Shown here: positions 19,143 to 28,518 of the stretch, one piece after another
Numbering within the stretch: position 1 is the first letter of the stretch
Layout of the letters: every line of letters starts with the position of its first letter
Assembly (NCBI GenBank): GCA_038871515.1
Contig: JAVZHX010000002.1
Coordinates: forward strand, 132,641-196,640
Length of the DNA stretch: 64,000 nt
Source: Candidatus Micrarchaeia archaeon
GTDB taxonomy: Archaea; Micrarchaeota; Micrarchaeia; Burarchaeales; Fermentimicrarchaeaceae
Direction of reading: 5' to 3'
Program-made: the position numbers and the translations under genes
The notes under the pieces: generated by a model
The model's input: only the letters and a program-made list of their open reading frames with translations
Database searches by the model: none
What the model was told of the DNA's origin: nothing

Positions 19143-20471
19143 ATGAAAAGGCTGCTGGTTATCCTGCTAGTATTGAACTTTGTTTTTGCCGGAAAAGTTG
19201 GTTTGGTGGTTCAGTTCAACGATAATGAGGTGATGACAAAATGCATCACAATTTCAATTGATAACTCAGTTCAGCCAGGCTGCAGCGTAAACCCAGCCAC
19301 CTGGTGCAATGAGAACACAGGAAGCTCAACTGCAGAGAAGGTGCTCAGAAGCTCTGGTTTGAAATTAGTTTTGGCAGATGAATACATTGCTTTTCCTGGT
19401 TGCAGTTATGGAAGGTTGCTCTGCAGGATAGAGAATGTTGGGTGCGAGGCTTCTGGCTCAAGCTGTGTTGGCTGCGGCAGCAACTACTGGGGTTTCTTTT
19501 ACCTTAAAGATGGTGGTTGGCAGTACTCAGAATGTGGGGTGAGCGGGTTTAATGTCAAAAATGGAGATGTGCTTGGTTTCAGGTGGGGGGGTTATGGGGA
19601 TTTGCCAGCTGTTTATTCTTTCAATGAGATATGCGCCTCACCTTCTCAAAGCGGTGAAGTTCAACCGCTGAAAAAGTTAAGCATAGAAATTCAGGGGAAC
19701 TGCACGGAGCAACCGGTAGTTATCAAAGTTAAAGAGGAAGGTGGGGAGGTTATTTGGGAGCCAACTAACTTTGTATTCCCCTCCAGAAGTGGGTTGAATA
19801 TAATTTTGGAAACAGGAGTTGGAGTTGAAGTTCTAAGAAAAGAAGTTTACTTTGGGAAGGATGCTGGCTATGATAAGGTTGCATTTCTTTTCACAGATGA
19901 GAATGGGATTGCAAGCTTCACCTCAGAGAAAACTGGGAATTATAAACTGCAGTTCAGGAAGGATGGTTTCATAGATGAGGAGAGAGAAGTTGAAGTGAAT
20001 GAGTGCGTGAAGGAGGTGATAACACCAGCTGAGGAAACGAAGTTTGTGGGAGAGGAAAAACCAGCAACAAGAGTGCAGATTATTGCGCCAAAAACCGCGG
20101 TTGTGAACACAACAGTTGTTTTGAGAGTTGTTTCAGAAGAGGGAAAACCCCTCCCTTTTGAAAGCGTGTTTGTGAAATTCTCTGGGGGGGAGAAACAGCT
20201 CATCACAAACGAAAGCGGAGAGGCAAGTTTCACTGCTGAGGAGGAAGGAGTTTACAATTATTACTCACCAACGCATCTTCTGACTTCCTATGAGGTTACA
20301 AATATAATGAAAGAAACACCTCCGATTGCCTTTCAAGAAACACCGGAAAAGGAAATTGAGCAACCTCCATCTGTTGGGATGGCAACAGCAGGTCCTTCCC
20401 CATTGCTTTTTGCAGGAGGAGCAATAATTATTTTAGTTTTGCTTTACTTATTTAGAGAGGTGAGAAAGTGA
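19143..20471 (+). CDS. Secreted, membrane-anchored protein with DUF4430 (transcobalamin C-terminal-like) and Ig-like domains
   Basis: Signal peptide; YWGFFY...WQYSECGVSGFNVKNGDVLGFRW; two Ig-like segments; C-terminal TM. Confidence 0.7.
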   Translation: MKRLLVILLVLNFVFAGKVGLVVQFNDNEVMTKCITISIDNSVQPGCSVNPATWCNENTGSSTAEKVLRSSGLKLVLADEYIAFPGCSYGRLLCRIENVGCEASGSSCVGCGSNYWGFFYLKDGGWQYSECGVSGFNVKNGDVLGFRWGGYGDLPAVYSFNEICASPSQSGEVQPLKKLSIEIQGNCTEQPVVIKVKEEGGEVIWEPTNFVFPSRSGLNIILETGVGVEVLRKEVYFGKDAGYDKVAFLFTDENGIASFTSEKTGNYKLQFRKDGFIDEEREVEVNECVKEVITPAEETKFVGEEKPATRVQIIAPKTAVVNTTVVLRVVSEEGKPLPFESVFVKFSGGEKQLITNESGEASFTAEEEGVYNYYSPTHLLTSYEVTNIMKETPPIAFQETPEKEIEQPPSVGMATAGPSPLLFAGGAIIILVLLYLFREVRK

Positions 20472-20986
20472 GGGAAATTAGAAATTCCGCGAAGTACGTT
20501 ATTGCTTTGCTTTTCTGTGCTTTTTTTAGAATACTCCCAAGACCGCCGAATGTAGAGCCTGTGATGACTGCAACGATGCCATTCGCAAAGGAATTCGGAG
20601 GTTGGGCTGGGTTCTTCTTCGCAGCATTTTCAATTGTTATATTTGATTTTCTCAGCGGGAGAGTTGGTTACTGGACAGTTTACACATCTCTTGCTTATGG
20701 TTTGGTTGGCTATGCTGCATGGCTGTGGCTTTCAAAAAAGAAAGAGGTAAAGGGAAGGGATTATGCGAAGTTTGCATTCCTTTCAACAATTTTCTATGAT
20801 GCGGTAACTGCTCTTGCTTTTGGAATTCAGTTTGGGCAGAGTTTGGAGGTTACTTTGCTAGGGCAGATTCCATTTACCTTTTACCATCTTCTTGGAAACG
20901 TGAGTATGGGGTACCTGATAAGCCCACTGCTGCACAAATGGGTTATCGCGAACCCAAAGCTGGAGCTGAATGTCTATTTGGGTTGA
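20468..20986 (+). CDS. ECF transporter S-component-like membrane protein
   Basis: 172 aa, about 5-6 TM, RILPRPPNVEPV motif; overlaps the upstream gene (GTGA). Confidence 0.7.
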   Translation: MREIRNSAKYVIALLFCAFFRILPRPPNVEPVMTATMPFAKEFGGWAGFFFAAFSIVIFDFLSGRVGYWTVYTSLAYGLVGYAAWLWLSKKKEVKGRDYAKFAFLSTIFYDAVTALAFGIQFGQSLEVTLLGQIPFTFYHLLGNVSMGYLISPLLHKWVIANPKLELNVYLG

Positions 20987-21514
20987 TTACTTTTTTCTTT
21001 TCCCACTATTTGCGAACATAGCTCCTCTCACAACAAAGTATCCAACTGCTATTCCTATAACTGCTATTACAACAATTGCAAGTGTCCAGATATTAGCCCC
21101 CAATCCTCCAATTGGTGAAACTAGGTAGTACCTTCCTCCCCCTCCGCCTCCTCCACCAGCCAGCACGGTATAAACCTGTGGTGAGCCCATCTGGAATTGG
21201 TAACCCGCTTTGCCTGCAATGCAATACCAGTTGTGGTTGCCTGAATAAAGAGTTGTTCCACTATAATGGTATGCTCCATCGTAGTAACTTGCGGAGTAGT
21301 TGCCTGAGTCAATTACAACAAAAACTATTGCTCCAGTTACTGGTTGGGATGTCCCATTCAAATTCGCGTAATACATGCAGGAAAACGTTGGCTTCACCCC
21401 AGAACGAGCAGTTCCTGATTGGGGCGTTACAGATTGGTTGAGAGTTGTTGGAATCTGCGCTTGTGCAACGCCCAACAGCACAAGCAAAACAAACACGTAC
21501 CAAATTTTTTTCAT
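20987..21514 (-). CDS. Small cell-surface protein: signal peptide, one Ig-like domain, poly-Gly linker, TM, basic tail
   Basis: Hydrophobicity pattern; GGGGGGGG linker; ends in KRKK. Confidence 0.75.
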   Translation of the reverse strand: MKKIWYVFVLLVLLGVAQAQIPTTLNQSVTPQSGTARSGVKPTFSCMYYANLNGTSQPVTGAIVFVVIDSGNYSASYYDGAYHYSGTTLYSGNHNWYCIAGKAGYQFQMGSPQVYTVLAGGGGGGGGRYYLVSPIGGLGANIWTLAIVVIAVIGIAVGYFVVRGAMFANSGKRKK

Positions 21515-21526
21515 ATAATCCCTCCT

Positions 21527-22606
21527 TTATTTTTTAAAACTTCTGTTTGCGAACCCTTCGGGGCTTATTCCCCTTAACCTGAACAGTTCAGCAGTTCTCC
21601 CAGTTATGATAACTGGTGAGTTTGAAAGTGAGGAAAGCTCCCTTGAGCCTGTGAGAAACATGCATACCTTTAACTGCTCCTTCCATCTCTCAAGCTCATT
21701 CACAACTGCCTTCTCTCCTTTTTTTGTTGCTTTCAAGAAAGGAAGGGCAGCGCCTGCATAATCTGCACCAAGCGCAACTGCTTTTGCAACGTCAACACCG
21801 GAGCGAATCCCACCGCTTGCTATAAGCGGAAGCTCACAAACGCTTGCAACTTCAACAATTGATAAAGCAGTGGGAATGCCCCACTCCCACAACCACTCCT
21901 CCTCACGCGAGCTTCTTATAAGCTCAACAGCTCCCCACGAGGTTCCTCCAGCTCCTGCAACATCTATTCCCTTAACGCCAGTATTTTTTAATTCAACCGC
22001 AACCTCTCTTGAGATTCCTGCTCCTGTTTCCTTCACAATAACTGGCACGCTGATTTCTGCGGTGAGCTTTTGAAGCGCAGATAAACATCCTTTGAATTTT
22101 TTATTTCCTTCTGGCTGCACAACCTCCTGGAGCGGGTTGAGATGAACAAACAATGCATCTGCTTCAACCTTTTCAACTGCATCAGCTATTCTGTTTACAT
22201 CGTGCTCCAAAAGTTGCGTTATGCCTATGTTACCAATCAAAGGAATATTTGGGGCAACATCTCTAACGCAATACGTGTTTGCGAGGGATGGTTTCTCTAT
22301 CATTGCCCTCTGGGAGCCAAGCCCCAACGCAACTCCTGAGCTTTCAGCAGCTGCAGCCAGCGTTTTATTTATTTTCTTTGCTTCATGCGAGCCTCCCGTG
22401 ATGGGCTCAATTATAATCGGAGCTGAAAGCTTCTTTCCAAAAAACTCACAGCTTACATCAACTTCATCAAGGTTCAGCTCTGGAAGCGCGTTGTGAATTA
22501 GCTCAACATCCTCAAAACCAGTGCTCTTCCTTGAGAACTCCACTTTCCTCTCACAGCAAATTTTCAGATGATATGCTTTTCTCTTCTCAGTAGTTGATTT
22601 TGCCAT
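21527..22606 (-). CDS. fni: Type 2 isopentenyl-diphosphate delta-isomerase
   Basis: RKAYHLKIC, ITGG, GLGSQR, HLNPLQE, KETGAG and AGAGGTSW motifs. Confidence 0.95.
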   Translation of the reverse strand: MAKSTTEKRKAYHLKICCERKVEFSRKSTGFEDVELIHNALPELNLDEVDVSCEFFGKKLSAPIIIEPITGGSHEAKKINKTLAAAAESSGVALGLGSQRAMIEKPSLANTYCVRDVAPNIPLIGNIGITQLLEHDVNRIADAVEKVEADALFVHLNPLQEVVQPEGNKKFKGCLSALQKLTAEISVPVIVKETGAGISREVAVELKNTGVKGIDVAGAGGTSWGAVELIRSSREEEWLWEWGIPTALSIVEVASVCELPLIASGGIRSGVDVAKAVALGADYAGAALPFLKATKKGEKAVVNELERWKEQLKVCMFLTGSRELSSLSNSPVIITGRTAELFRLRGISPEGFANRSFKK

Positions 22607-22633
22607 ACTATAAATACGGGGGGTTTATATAAA

Positions 22634-23425
22634 TTATTTATGAATAAGGGTTCCGCTTGGCTTGCCGAGCAGAGCTTCCTTTAGATTGCCCTCAATCAAA
22701 CCGCATATCACTCTGCTTTCTATTCCAATTCTCGCAAGCCCAAGCAGTATTTCAACCTTGTGAAGCATTCCGCCGGTTACATCTATTCCTGCTGAGCCAC
22801 CAAGAGAGTTTTTCACTTTGCTGAAATTCCCAGGGGTTATCTCAGGTATTTTTTGGGGGGAGGATGCGCGAGGGTTTGCAAGCACTCCGTTTGTGATACC
22901 TACAAGTATTATTCTTTTTGGCTTCAGCTTCCTTGCAAGGTAGTCAAATATCATCTCAGTTGACAGTATGGAGCAACCCCTCTCCAAATCAACTACCACA
23001 TCACCGTAAGGAACAGGAAGTAAATTGTGGGATAGCATTCTTTGCAATGGTTTTATATCAAAGTGAACTATTCTTCCGTTTCTGGTGAGCACGCATGCGG
23101 ATGGTTGCACTGAAACAGCATTCTCCCCTGCTTCAATTAGACACTCAACAACAATTCTGTTCAACCTAGAAGCAGCATCCTGAACCTCTGAAATTCCTCT
23201 GTATGTTTCAGGGCTAACAACTCCCTTGTGAACCTCGTATTTTTTCGCTGGCACATGAGGGAATGAACCTCCTCCGTGCCCAACAATAAGTTTTAGGTTG
23301 CCTTCCTCTCTTGCCTCATGAATCTCCCTTGCAACCCTCTTTATAATCTCCATCCTTGGGGTGAACGGCTTTGTTTTGTCAGTTATCAAACTTCCCCCAA
23401 GCTTCACAAACACAAGCTCTCTCAT
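22634..23425 (-). CDS. ipk: Isopentenyl phosphate kinase
   Basis: VKLGGSLITDK, HGGGSFPH and DVTGGMLHK motifs. Confidence 0.93.
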   Translation of the reverse strand: MRELVFVKLGGSLITDKTKPFTPRMEIIKRVAREIHEAREEGNLKLIVGHGGGSFPHVPAKKYEVHKGVVSPETYRGISEVQDAASRLNRIVVECLIEAGENAVSVQPSACVLTRNGRIVHFDIKPLQRMLSHNLLPVPYGDVVVDLERGCSILSTEMIFDYLARKLKPKRIILVGITNGVLANPRASSPQKIPEITPGNFSKVKNSLGGSAGIDVTGGMLHKVEILLGLARIGIESRVICGLIEGNLKEALLGKPSGTLIHK

Positions 23426-23823
23426 CTCACCACTTCCACAACTCCCTCATTTCCATCTACAATAACTTTATCCCCATTCTTTATAAGCTTGAATACATTT
23501 TTTTCTGGTTTATCAACCATCGGAATTTCTGAGATTATTGCGCCAACCGCAACAATCACCTCCGCCTCCTCATTTACAATCCCTTTCGGCGCTTTTCCAT
23601 TTCTTTTCAGCTGATAGATTACATATGAGCCAACTGTTGAGCCTCTCCCTCTCGGGAAGAGGAGTATTTTTCCTGCAACAGAGCTTTTGAAAAGAGGGTG
23701 TTTTGGGTTGATAATTCTTCCTGTTTTTGGGTCAACGTCACCAAGAAAACTTATCTCCTCTGTGCTTATAAGAGCTTCCCCCTCCGCCCTTCCTTTGGAT
23801 ATCGCTCTTCCTTTTATTTTCAT
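23422..23823 (-). CDS. Aconitase X swivel domain (DUF126): phosphomevalonate dehydratase small subunit
   Basis: ISFLGDVDPKTG and GRGSTVGSYV motifs; operon context. Confidence 0.9.
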   Translation of the reverse strand: MKIKGRAISKGRAEGEALISTEEISFLGDVDPKTGRIINPKHPLFKSSVAGKILLFPRGRGSTVGSYVIYQLKRNGKAPKGIVNEEAEVIVAVGAIISEIPMVDKPEKNVFKLIKNGDKVIVDGNEGVVEVVR

Positions 23824-24539
23824 TCCCTCACCCTCTCGACTGCATCAGCAAATTCAACAACCAACTCAGCAAGCTGTATAATTTTTTTCTCATCGCTTAT
23901 CATTCCAGAGGTGTAAACTGCTGCGAGGTTGCTTCCTGCCTGCAGTGAAACCAGAAGTGGAGTTGAGAGTATCTTTCCTTGAATTGATTTAACCACTCTT
24001 TTCGCGTATTCCATATCCTTGCTTTTTACAGAATACCTTTTATCAAACTCTTTTGAAATAACCGGCTCGCCTCTTTTCAGAAAGGGAATGCCGATGGATG
24101 GAGTGATGAGTAGGGGTTCAGGCAAACCCTTCTGAAGTGGAGTTGTTGCCATCGTCTGCACATTCTCTCCCATTGAAAAGGTTGTTATGTTTATCAATCT
24201 ACCCTTATACTTTCCAACCAAGCCAGGCATCCTCACTGATTTTCCGTTTGGCTCAACAAACTCCACATTCATGGAATACTGCCATCCCATTTTATCAGCA
24301 AGCGCGCTCCATCGCTCATCCATTTTCTTTGCAACGCGCATTGAAAAAAGAATTATCAGAAGAAATATGAAGTCAATAAAAATTATCAAAGCAATCAGCA
24401 GTGGTATTGTTTTCACAAAATCTTTTGGCGAGATGATGAAGAAAACTCCTGCCATCAATAAATCTACGAACAGAACAACTGCAAGTAGCAGTTTCATATC
24501 CTTCTTTGTCTGTTCCTGATGAAGTGGTTTCATAAACAT
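23820..24539 (-). CDS. Hypothetical protein, 2 N-terminal TM plus soluble domain
   Basis: Start overlaps the upstream stop (TGATG); stop overlaps the DUF126 start. Confidence 0.7.
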   Translation of the reverse strand: MFMKPLHQEQTKKDMKLLLAVVLFVDLLMAGVFFIISPKDFVKTIPLLIALIIFIDFIFLLIILFSMRVAKKMDERWSALADKMGWQYSMNVEFVEPNGKSVRMPGLVGKYKGRLINITTFSMGENVQTMATTPLQKGLPEPLLITPSIGIPFLKRGEPVISKEFDKRYSVKSKDMEYAKRVVKSIQGKILSTPLLVSLQAGSNLAAVYTSGMISDEKKIIQLAELVVEFADAVERVRE

Positions 24540-25705
24540 CACTCCAAAATTTCTTTCAAAGAGCCGAAAAGAACCTTCTGTTTGCAAAAGCCAGGGAGGT
24601 AATGAGCTGCCTTCCCTGAATTAACTGCTGTTGTGCTGAAACCCATCTCCTCAAGAGGGCAGACAACCATGCACGTGTCACAAACAATCCTTCCCCCAGC
24701 TTCCTCAATTATTTTCGTCAAACCAAGCTTATCTGCTTTATTTTTTATTTTCCTTGCAGTGCAAACCCACAGCTTTCTTTTCAACTTCTTTCCCCTCACT
24801 CTCTCAGCTATCTCCCTTATCTCATCAAGCGAGCAGTGGGGGCATCCAACTGCCATTAGCTCGGCGTCATTTGATGAATTTAAACTTTCTTTCGTTTCCT
24901 TTAACTCTTTCTCAGTGAACTCAACTTTCTCAGGTTTATCCACAACCTTCCATTCATCAGTTATATCTTTGATGAAAAACAGCGCAACTGCTCCTGAGGC
25001 AGCAAGCGCTGCGCCAAGCGACTTCACCTCATCAACAGTTACTGTTTCTATCCCCTGAAAAGCAACCACTCTCTGCTTTGCTATTCTTCCTGAGTAGATT
25101 CCAAGCGCACCAAAATCAGACATATCTTCAAGCTTTGTTTTCACATCAACAACAAGATGTGCAATTCTGTTCTCATCAAGGTGATAACCAAAGCAAGGGG
25201 TTTTTCCAATAATTGCAGCTGCTAATGCGCTCATTCCACTTTCCCTGTTCGTCCTAGCCCCAAGCGCTGAGTTTGCAAAAACAACTGCTGAGCTTTCGCT
25301 CCACGCAACATGTTCATTTTTCTTTGGGAGGATGTTTATCAAATAAGGAGTGCAGGTGCATGTTGGCTCAACCCCCATCTTCTGGTATGCGCGTATTATC
25401 CTTATCTGCTTCCTTGCAAACTCTTTGGGAATTCCCATCTCCCTCCATCCCTCAACGTCCATTCCTGCTGGGTTCAGGTAGCTTGGTATTTTAACCCTTC
25501 CATCTTTTGCAAAACTTTCAAGAAACTCCAAACCAGCATCCCCAATTGTTTTGTAACTTACACCTGAAATCTGAGCTGAGGTGACTGGAATGAGCTTTTC
25601 TGCTTTGAATATTTTGCCTATAGCAAGAAGAATTTCCATTGCTTTAGCTGCAGCAGCTCCCTGCTCCCCGTTCAGAATTCCCTCCTCCTCCCTTGTGAGG
25701 TTCAT
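24539..25705 (-). CDS. Aconitase X catalytic subunit (DUF521): phosphomevalonate dehydratase large subunit
   Basis: SGVSYKTIGDAG, TCTCTPY, WSESSA, GCPHCS, DTCMVV and NSGKAAHY motifs. Confidence 0.92.
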   Translation of the reverse strand: MNLTREEEGILNGEQGAAAAKAMEILLAIGKIFKAEKLIPVTSAQISGVSYKTIGDAGLEFLESFAKDGRVKIPSYLNPAGMDVEGWREMGIPKEFARKQIRIIRAYQKMGVEPTCTCTPYLINILPKKNEHVAWSESSAVVFANSALGARTNRESGMSALAAAIIGKTPCFGYHLDENRIAHLVVDVKTKLEDMSDFGALGIYSGRIAKQRVVAFQGIETVTVDEVKSLGAALAASGAVALFFIKDITDEWKVVDKPEKVEFTEKELKETKESLNSSNDAELMAVGCPHCSLDEIREIAERVRGKKLKRKLWVCTARKIKNKADKLGLTKIIEEAGGRIVCDTCMVVCPLEEMGFSTTAVNSGKAAHYLPGFCKQKVLFGSLKEILE

Positions 25706-26994
25706 CTGAGATACCTCCCAAGCTTAACTTTTGGGAATTTTGCTTTTTTAAACTCCTTCAGCTTCTTCTTAAGAGGTGCTGTTGCATCAACTCCCATCTT
25801 GCTTGTCTCTCTTGTGAATGGGTTTGCCGACGGATCAAGGGAAGAACCCTTCTCATGTTTTTTCACAACCAACCCATCCTTTGCCTGAAACCTTGTTGCA
25901 ACAGCCCATTCAACTTCAAGCGGGTTGTGAATGTCAATATCATCATCAACCACAACAACGTGCTTCAAGGAGGAGTGCCCTCTGAAAGCAGCCTCAATTG
26001 CTTTCCTTCCATCCTCTTCATTTTTCTTCTTTATTTTCACAACTGCATGCAACCAGGAGCAACCACCAAGGGTGAGGGATACATCTTTGCACTCACAAAC
26101 TTTGTTCACCTCTCGGAATATTGTTGGCTCTCTCGGCATACCCATAAGGAGCTTGTGCTCATTTCCACCTGGCAGAAGTGCATGATAGAATGCATCTTTT
26201 CTGTGAGTTATTTTCTTAATTTCAAGCACAGGCTGCTCCCTCACAACATCATACGTTTCAGTCAAATCAACAAATGGACCCTCTGGGGCAAGCTCCTTTG
26301 TGATTCTCCCCTCAAGCACGAGCTCGCTGTGCGCTGGCACCTCAACATCAACTGTTTTGCACCGCACAATTGGCAGCTTTTCCAAAGAGTTCGCAATTTT
26401 CATCTCATCAAACCCAAGCTCAACAGAGGTTGCAGCTGCCAGAAGAAAGTTAGCTGAGTTTCCTATGCAAACAGCGACGTCAAGCTCCCCTCCATTTCTT
26501 TTTATGAACTCATTCAAATGCCTTGGGAGAATTCTCATCACAAACCTCCTTCTGTCAAGTTGCATCAGCCTATGAAATGAGCAGTTTCTCCCAAGCTCCT
26601 CGTCCTTCGCGACAACAACCCCGGAAGTTATGTAGGGGCCTCCATCCCTCTCGCAGTGAGTTAGAATTGGAAGTTTGTTCAAATCAACTTCCTCCTCAAC
26701 TTCCTGGCATGGTGCTTTCTCAACAAGCACGGGTTCAGAAGGGTTGTCTATTGCATGCGCAATTCTCAAGAGAAGCTTCTCCTTCGGCACTCCAAGCGAC
26801 TCCGCGATGAGCTCGCGGGATGAGAAAACGTTTCCAATCACCATGAATTTGCTTTCCTTAACTTTTTCAAAAAGAACAGGCTTCCCATCAAGCTGCTTCA
26901 ATATTCCTGCTGCAACAAACCTCTTGCTCACGGGCTTCTTGATTAAAATAAGCTTTTTAGATAATTTGAGTTTTTTTATAAACTCCCTCAGCAT
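25702..26994 (-). CDS. UbiD-family decarboxylase (anhydromevalonate phosphate decarboxylase)
   Basis: DGGPYIT, EGPFVDLTETYD, VDDDIDI and GSSLDPS motifs; in mevalonate operon. Confidence 0.9.
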   Translation of the reverse strand: MLREFIKKLKLSKKLILIKKPVSKRFVAAGILKQLDGKPVLFEKVKESKFMVIGNVFSSRELIAESLGVPKEKLLLRIAHAIDNPSEPVLVEKAPCQEVEEEVDLNKLPILTHCERDGGPYITSGVVVAKDEELGRNCSFHRLMQLDRRRFVMRILPRHLNEFIKRNGGELDVAVCIGNSANFLLAAATSVELGFDEMKIANSLEKLPIVRCKTVDVEVPAHSELVLEGRITKELAPEGPFVDLTETYDVVREQPVLEIKKITHRKDAFYHALLPGGNEHKLLMGMPREPTIFREVNKVCECKDVSLTLGGCSWLHAVVKIKKKNEEDGRKAIEAAFRGHSSLKHVVVVDDDIDIHNPLEVEWAVATRFQAKDGLVVKKHEKGSSLDPSANPFTRETSKMGVDATAPLKKKLKEFKKAKFPKVKLGRYLR

Positions 26995-26998
26995 ACGC

Positions 26999-27352
26999 TC
27001 ACCTCTCAGAGATCCTCAGAACTTTTCTTGTATCGTAATACAAACCTGTGTTGAAAACTCCCCAGCCAATCAGAACTGCATACGTGTTAACCTGCCCAAG
27101 CCAGAGCAGGAGAAATTTATTTATATTCAGAAGCAACCACAGGAAACTTAACGCAAATAATGGAAGGATGGTTACAAGTATTCTCTCCTTTTTGAAAATT
27201 CCTTTATGAAATTTTAATGAAAGCGCAAGGAAACACCATACGTAGATAACTACAAATATGTCAGTCAATTCAAGCGAAGCATATGAGAGAAGAAAACCAC
27301 CTGAAATGAGCAGGCAGCCCACAAGCATAAGTATCTGGCCAAAGGTTATCAT
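26999..27352 (-). CDS. Small 4-TM membrane protein
   Basis: Hydrophobic ORF; ATGA overlap with the ubiX stop. Confidence 0.65.
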   Translation of the reverse strand: MITFGQILMLVGCLLISGGFLLSYASLELTDIFVVIYVWCFLALSLKFHKGIFKKERILVTILPLFALSFLWLLLNINKFLLLWLGQVNTYAVLIGWGVFNTGLYYDTRKVLRISER

Positions 27353-27906
27353 TTCCTCTCCCACCTCTTGTATAATTTATTTTCAACTCTCAAAGAATCA
27401 AGAATTTTGCCAACTATGAAATCAATCACGTCATCAAGCTTTCTGGGTTTGTTGTAGAAAGCAAGTGAAGGTGGCAGTATAACAACACCTAACCTTGAAA
27501 GCTTCAACATGTTTTCAATGTGTATTGAACTGAAAGGAGTTTCTCTTGGCGTAAGTATCAGCTTTCTCCCCTCCTTTATCATAACATCCGCGCTTCTCGT
27601 TATCAAGTTATCCGAGTAGCCGTGAGCAATCGCTGAAAGAGTTTTCATTGAGCAAGGGCAGATAACCATCGCATCAAAAAGCGATGAGCCAGAAGCAGGA
27701 GGTGCATCCACTTCCTCAGCTTCATAAACCTTCCCGTAGCTTTCAAGCTTCTTCATAACTTTTTTCACATCCCCAAGCTCATGCTGAATAACTCTCTTCG
27801 CATTCTCGCTAACAACTATGTGAAGCTCGTGCTTCCTCAAAACTTCACATAGACGAACTCCTATTGAAACTCCAGATGCACCTGTAAGTGCTATGAGTAT
27901 TTTCAC
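27349..27906 (-). CDS. ubiX: UbiX-family flavin prenyltransferase
   Basis: ALTGASG, ASGS, PCSMKTL and PRETP motifs; GTG start. Confidence 0.93.
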   Translation of the reverse strand: MKILIALTGASGVSIGVRLCEVLRKHELHIVVSENAKRVIQHELGDVKKVMKKLESYGKVYEAEEVDAPPASGSSLFDAMVICPCSMKTLSAIAHGYSDNLITRSADVMIKEGRKLILTPRETPFSSIHIENMLKLSRLGVVILPPSLAFYNKPRKLDDVIDFIVGKILDSLRVENKLYKRWERK

Positions 27907-27958
27907 AAAGTAGTTAGGAAAAGTGAGGTATTTAAGTTTATATACGACAGAAGCAGAA

Positions 27959-28504
27959 TCAGTCAAACTTCTTTTTTTCAATCATTCTTTTAAATTGATT
28001 TAGAGTTATTTGTACTGAGTGAATTTCATCAAGCTCACGCGCAGTTTGTGAGATTTTATCAAAAGTATCAACAAGCTTTTCAAACTCCCCAACCTCCTTT
28101 CTCATCCTTGCAACTCTGTTTTTAACAAACTCCTCCGGGTTTAACTCGGTTAAAACTACTCCGGAAAGTTTCATGTATTCCCGCAACTGCTCCCCCTTAA
28201 GCTCCTCCAAACCTTTCACTATCTTCTTATCAACCTCAATAAGTAAACTTGCTCTTTCTTTGAAAACCCTGCTCAGCTCATCTCTTTCCCTCGCAGTAAA
28301 GTCACTCTGAACAAGTTTTTTCAGAAGTGCAATTGTCCCAACATTGAAAACAGCCCTCTCGCACTCCATATTCACAATTCTCGCAGGAAGCTCCTCCTTC
28401 TCGTACTTTGAAATTCTCTCCCTCATCTCCTCTATTGCTTTTCTGTTATTTTTTATAAGTTGAGAAGCTTCGGTTTCAGTTTTATGCATATGTATTTTTT
28501 GCAT
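27959..28504 (-). CDS. Hypothetical helical protein
   Basis: E/K-rich ORF; start uncertain. Confidence 0.6.
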   Translation of the reverse strand: MQKIHMHKTETEASQLIKNNRKAIEEMRERISKYEKEELPARIVNMECERAVFNVGTIALLKKLVQSDFTARERDELSRVFKERASLLIEVDKKIVKGLEELKGEQLREYMKLSGVVLTELNPEEFVKNRVARMRKEVGEFEKLVDTFDKISQTARELDEIHSVQITLNQFKRMIEKKKFD

Positions 28505-28518
28505 TTCTTTCTTTATAA

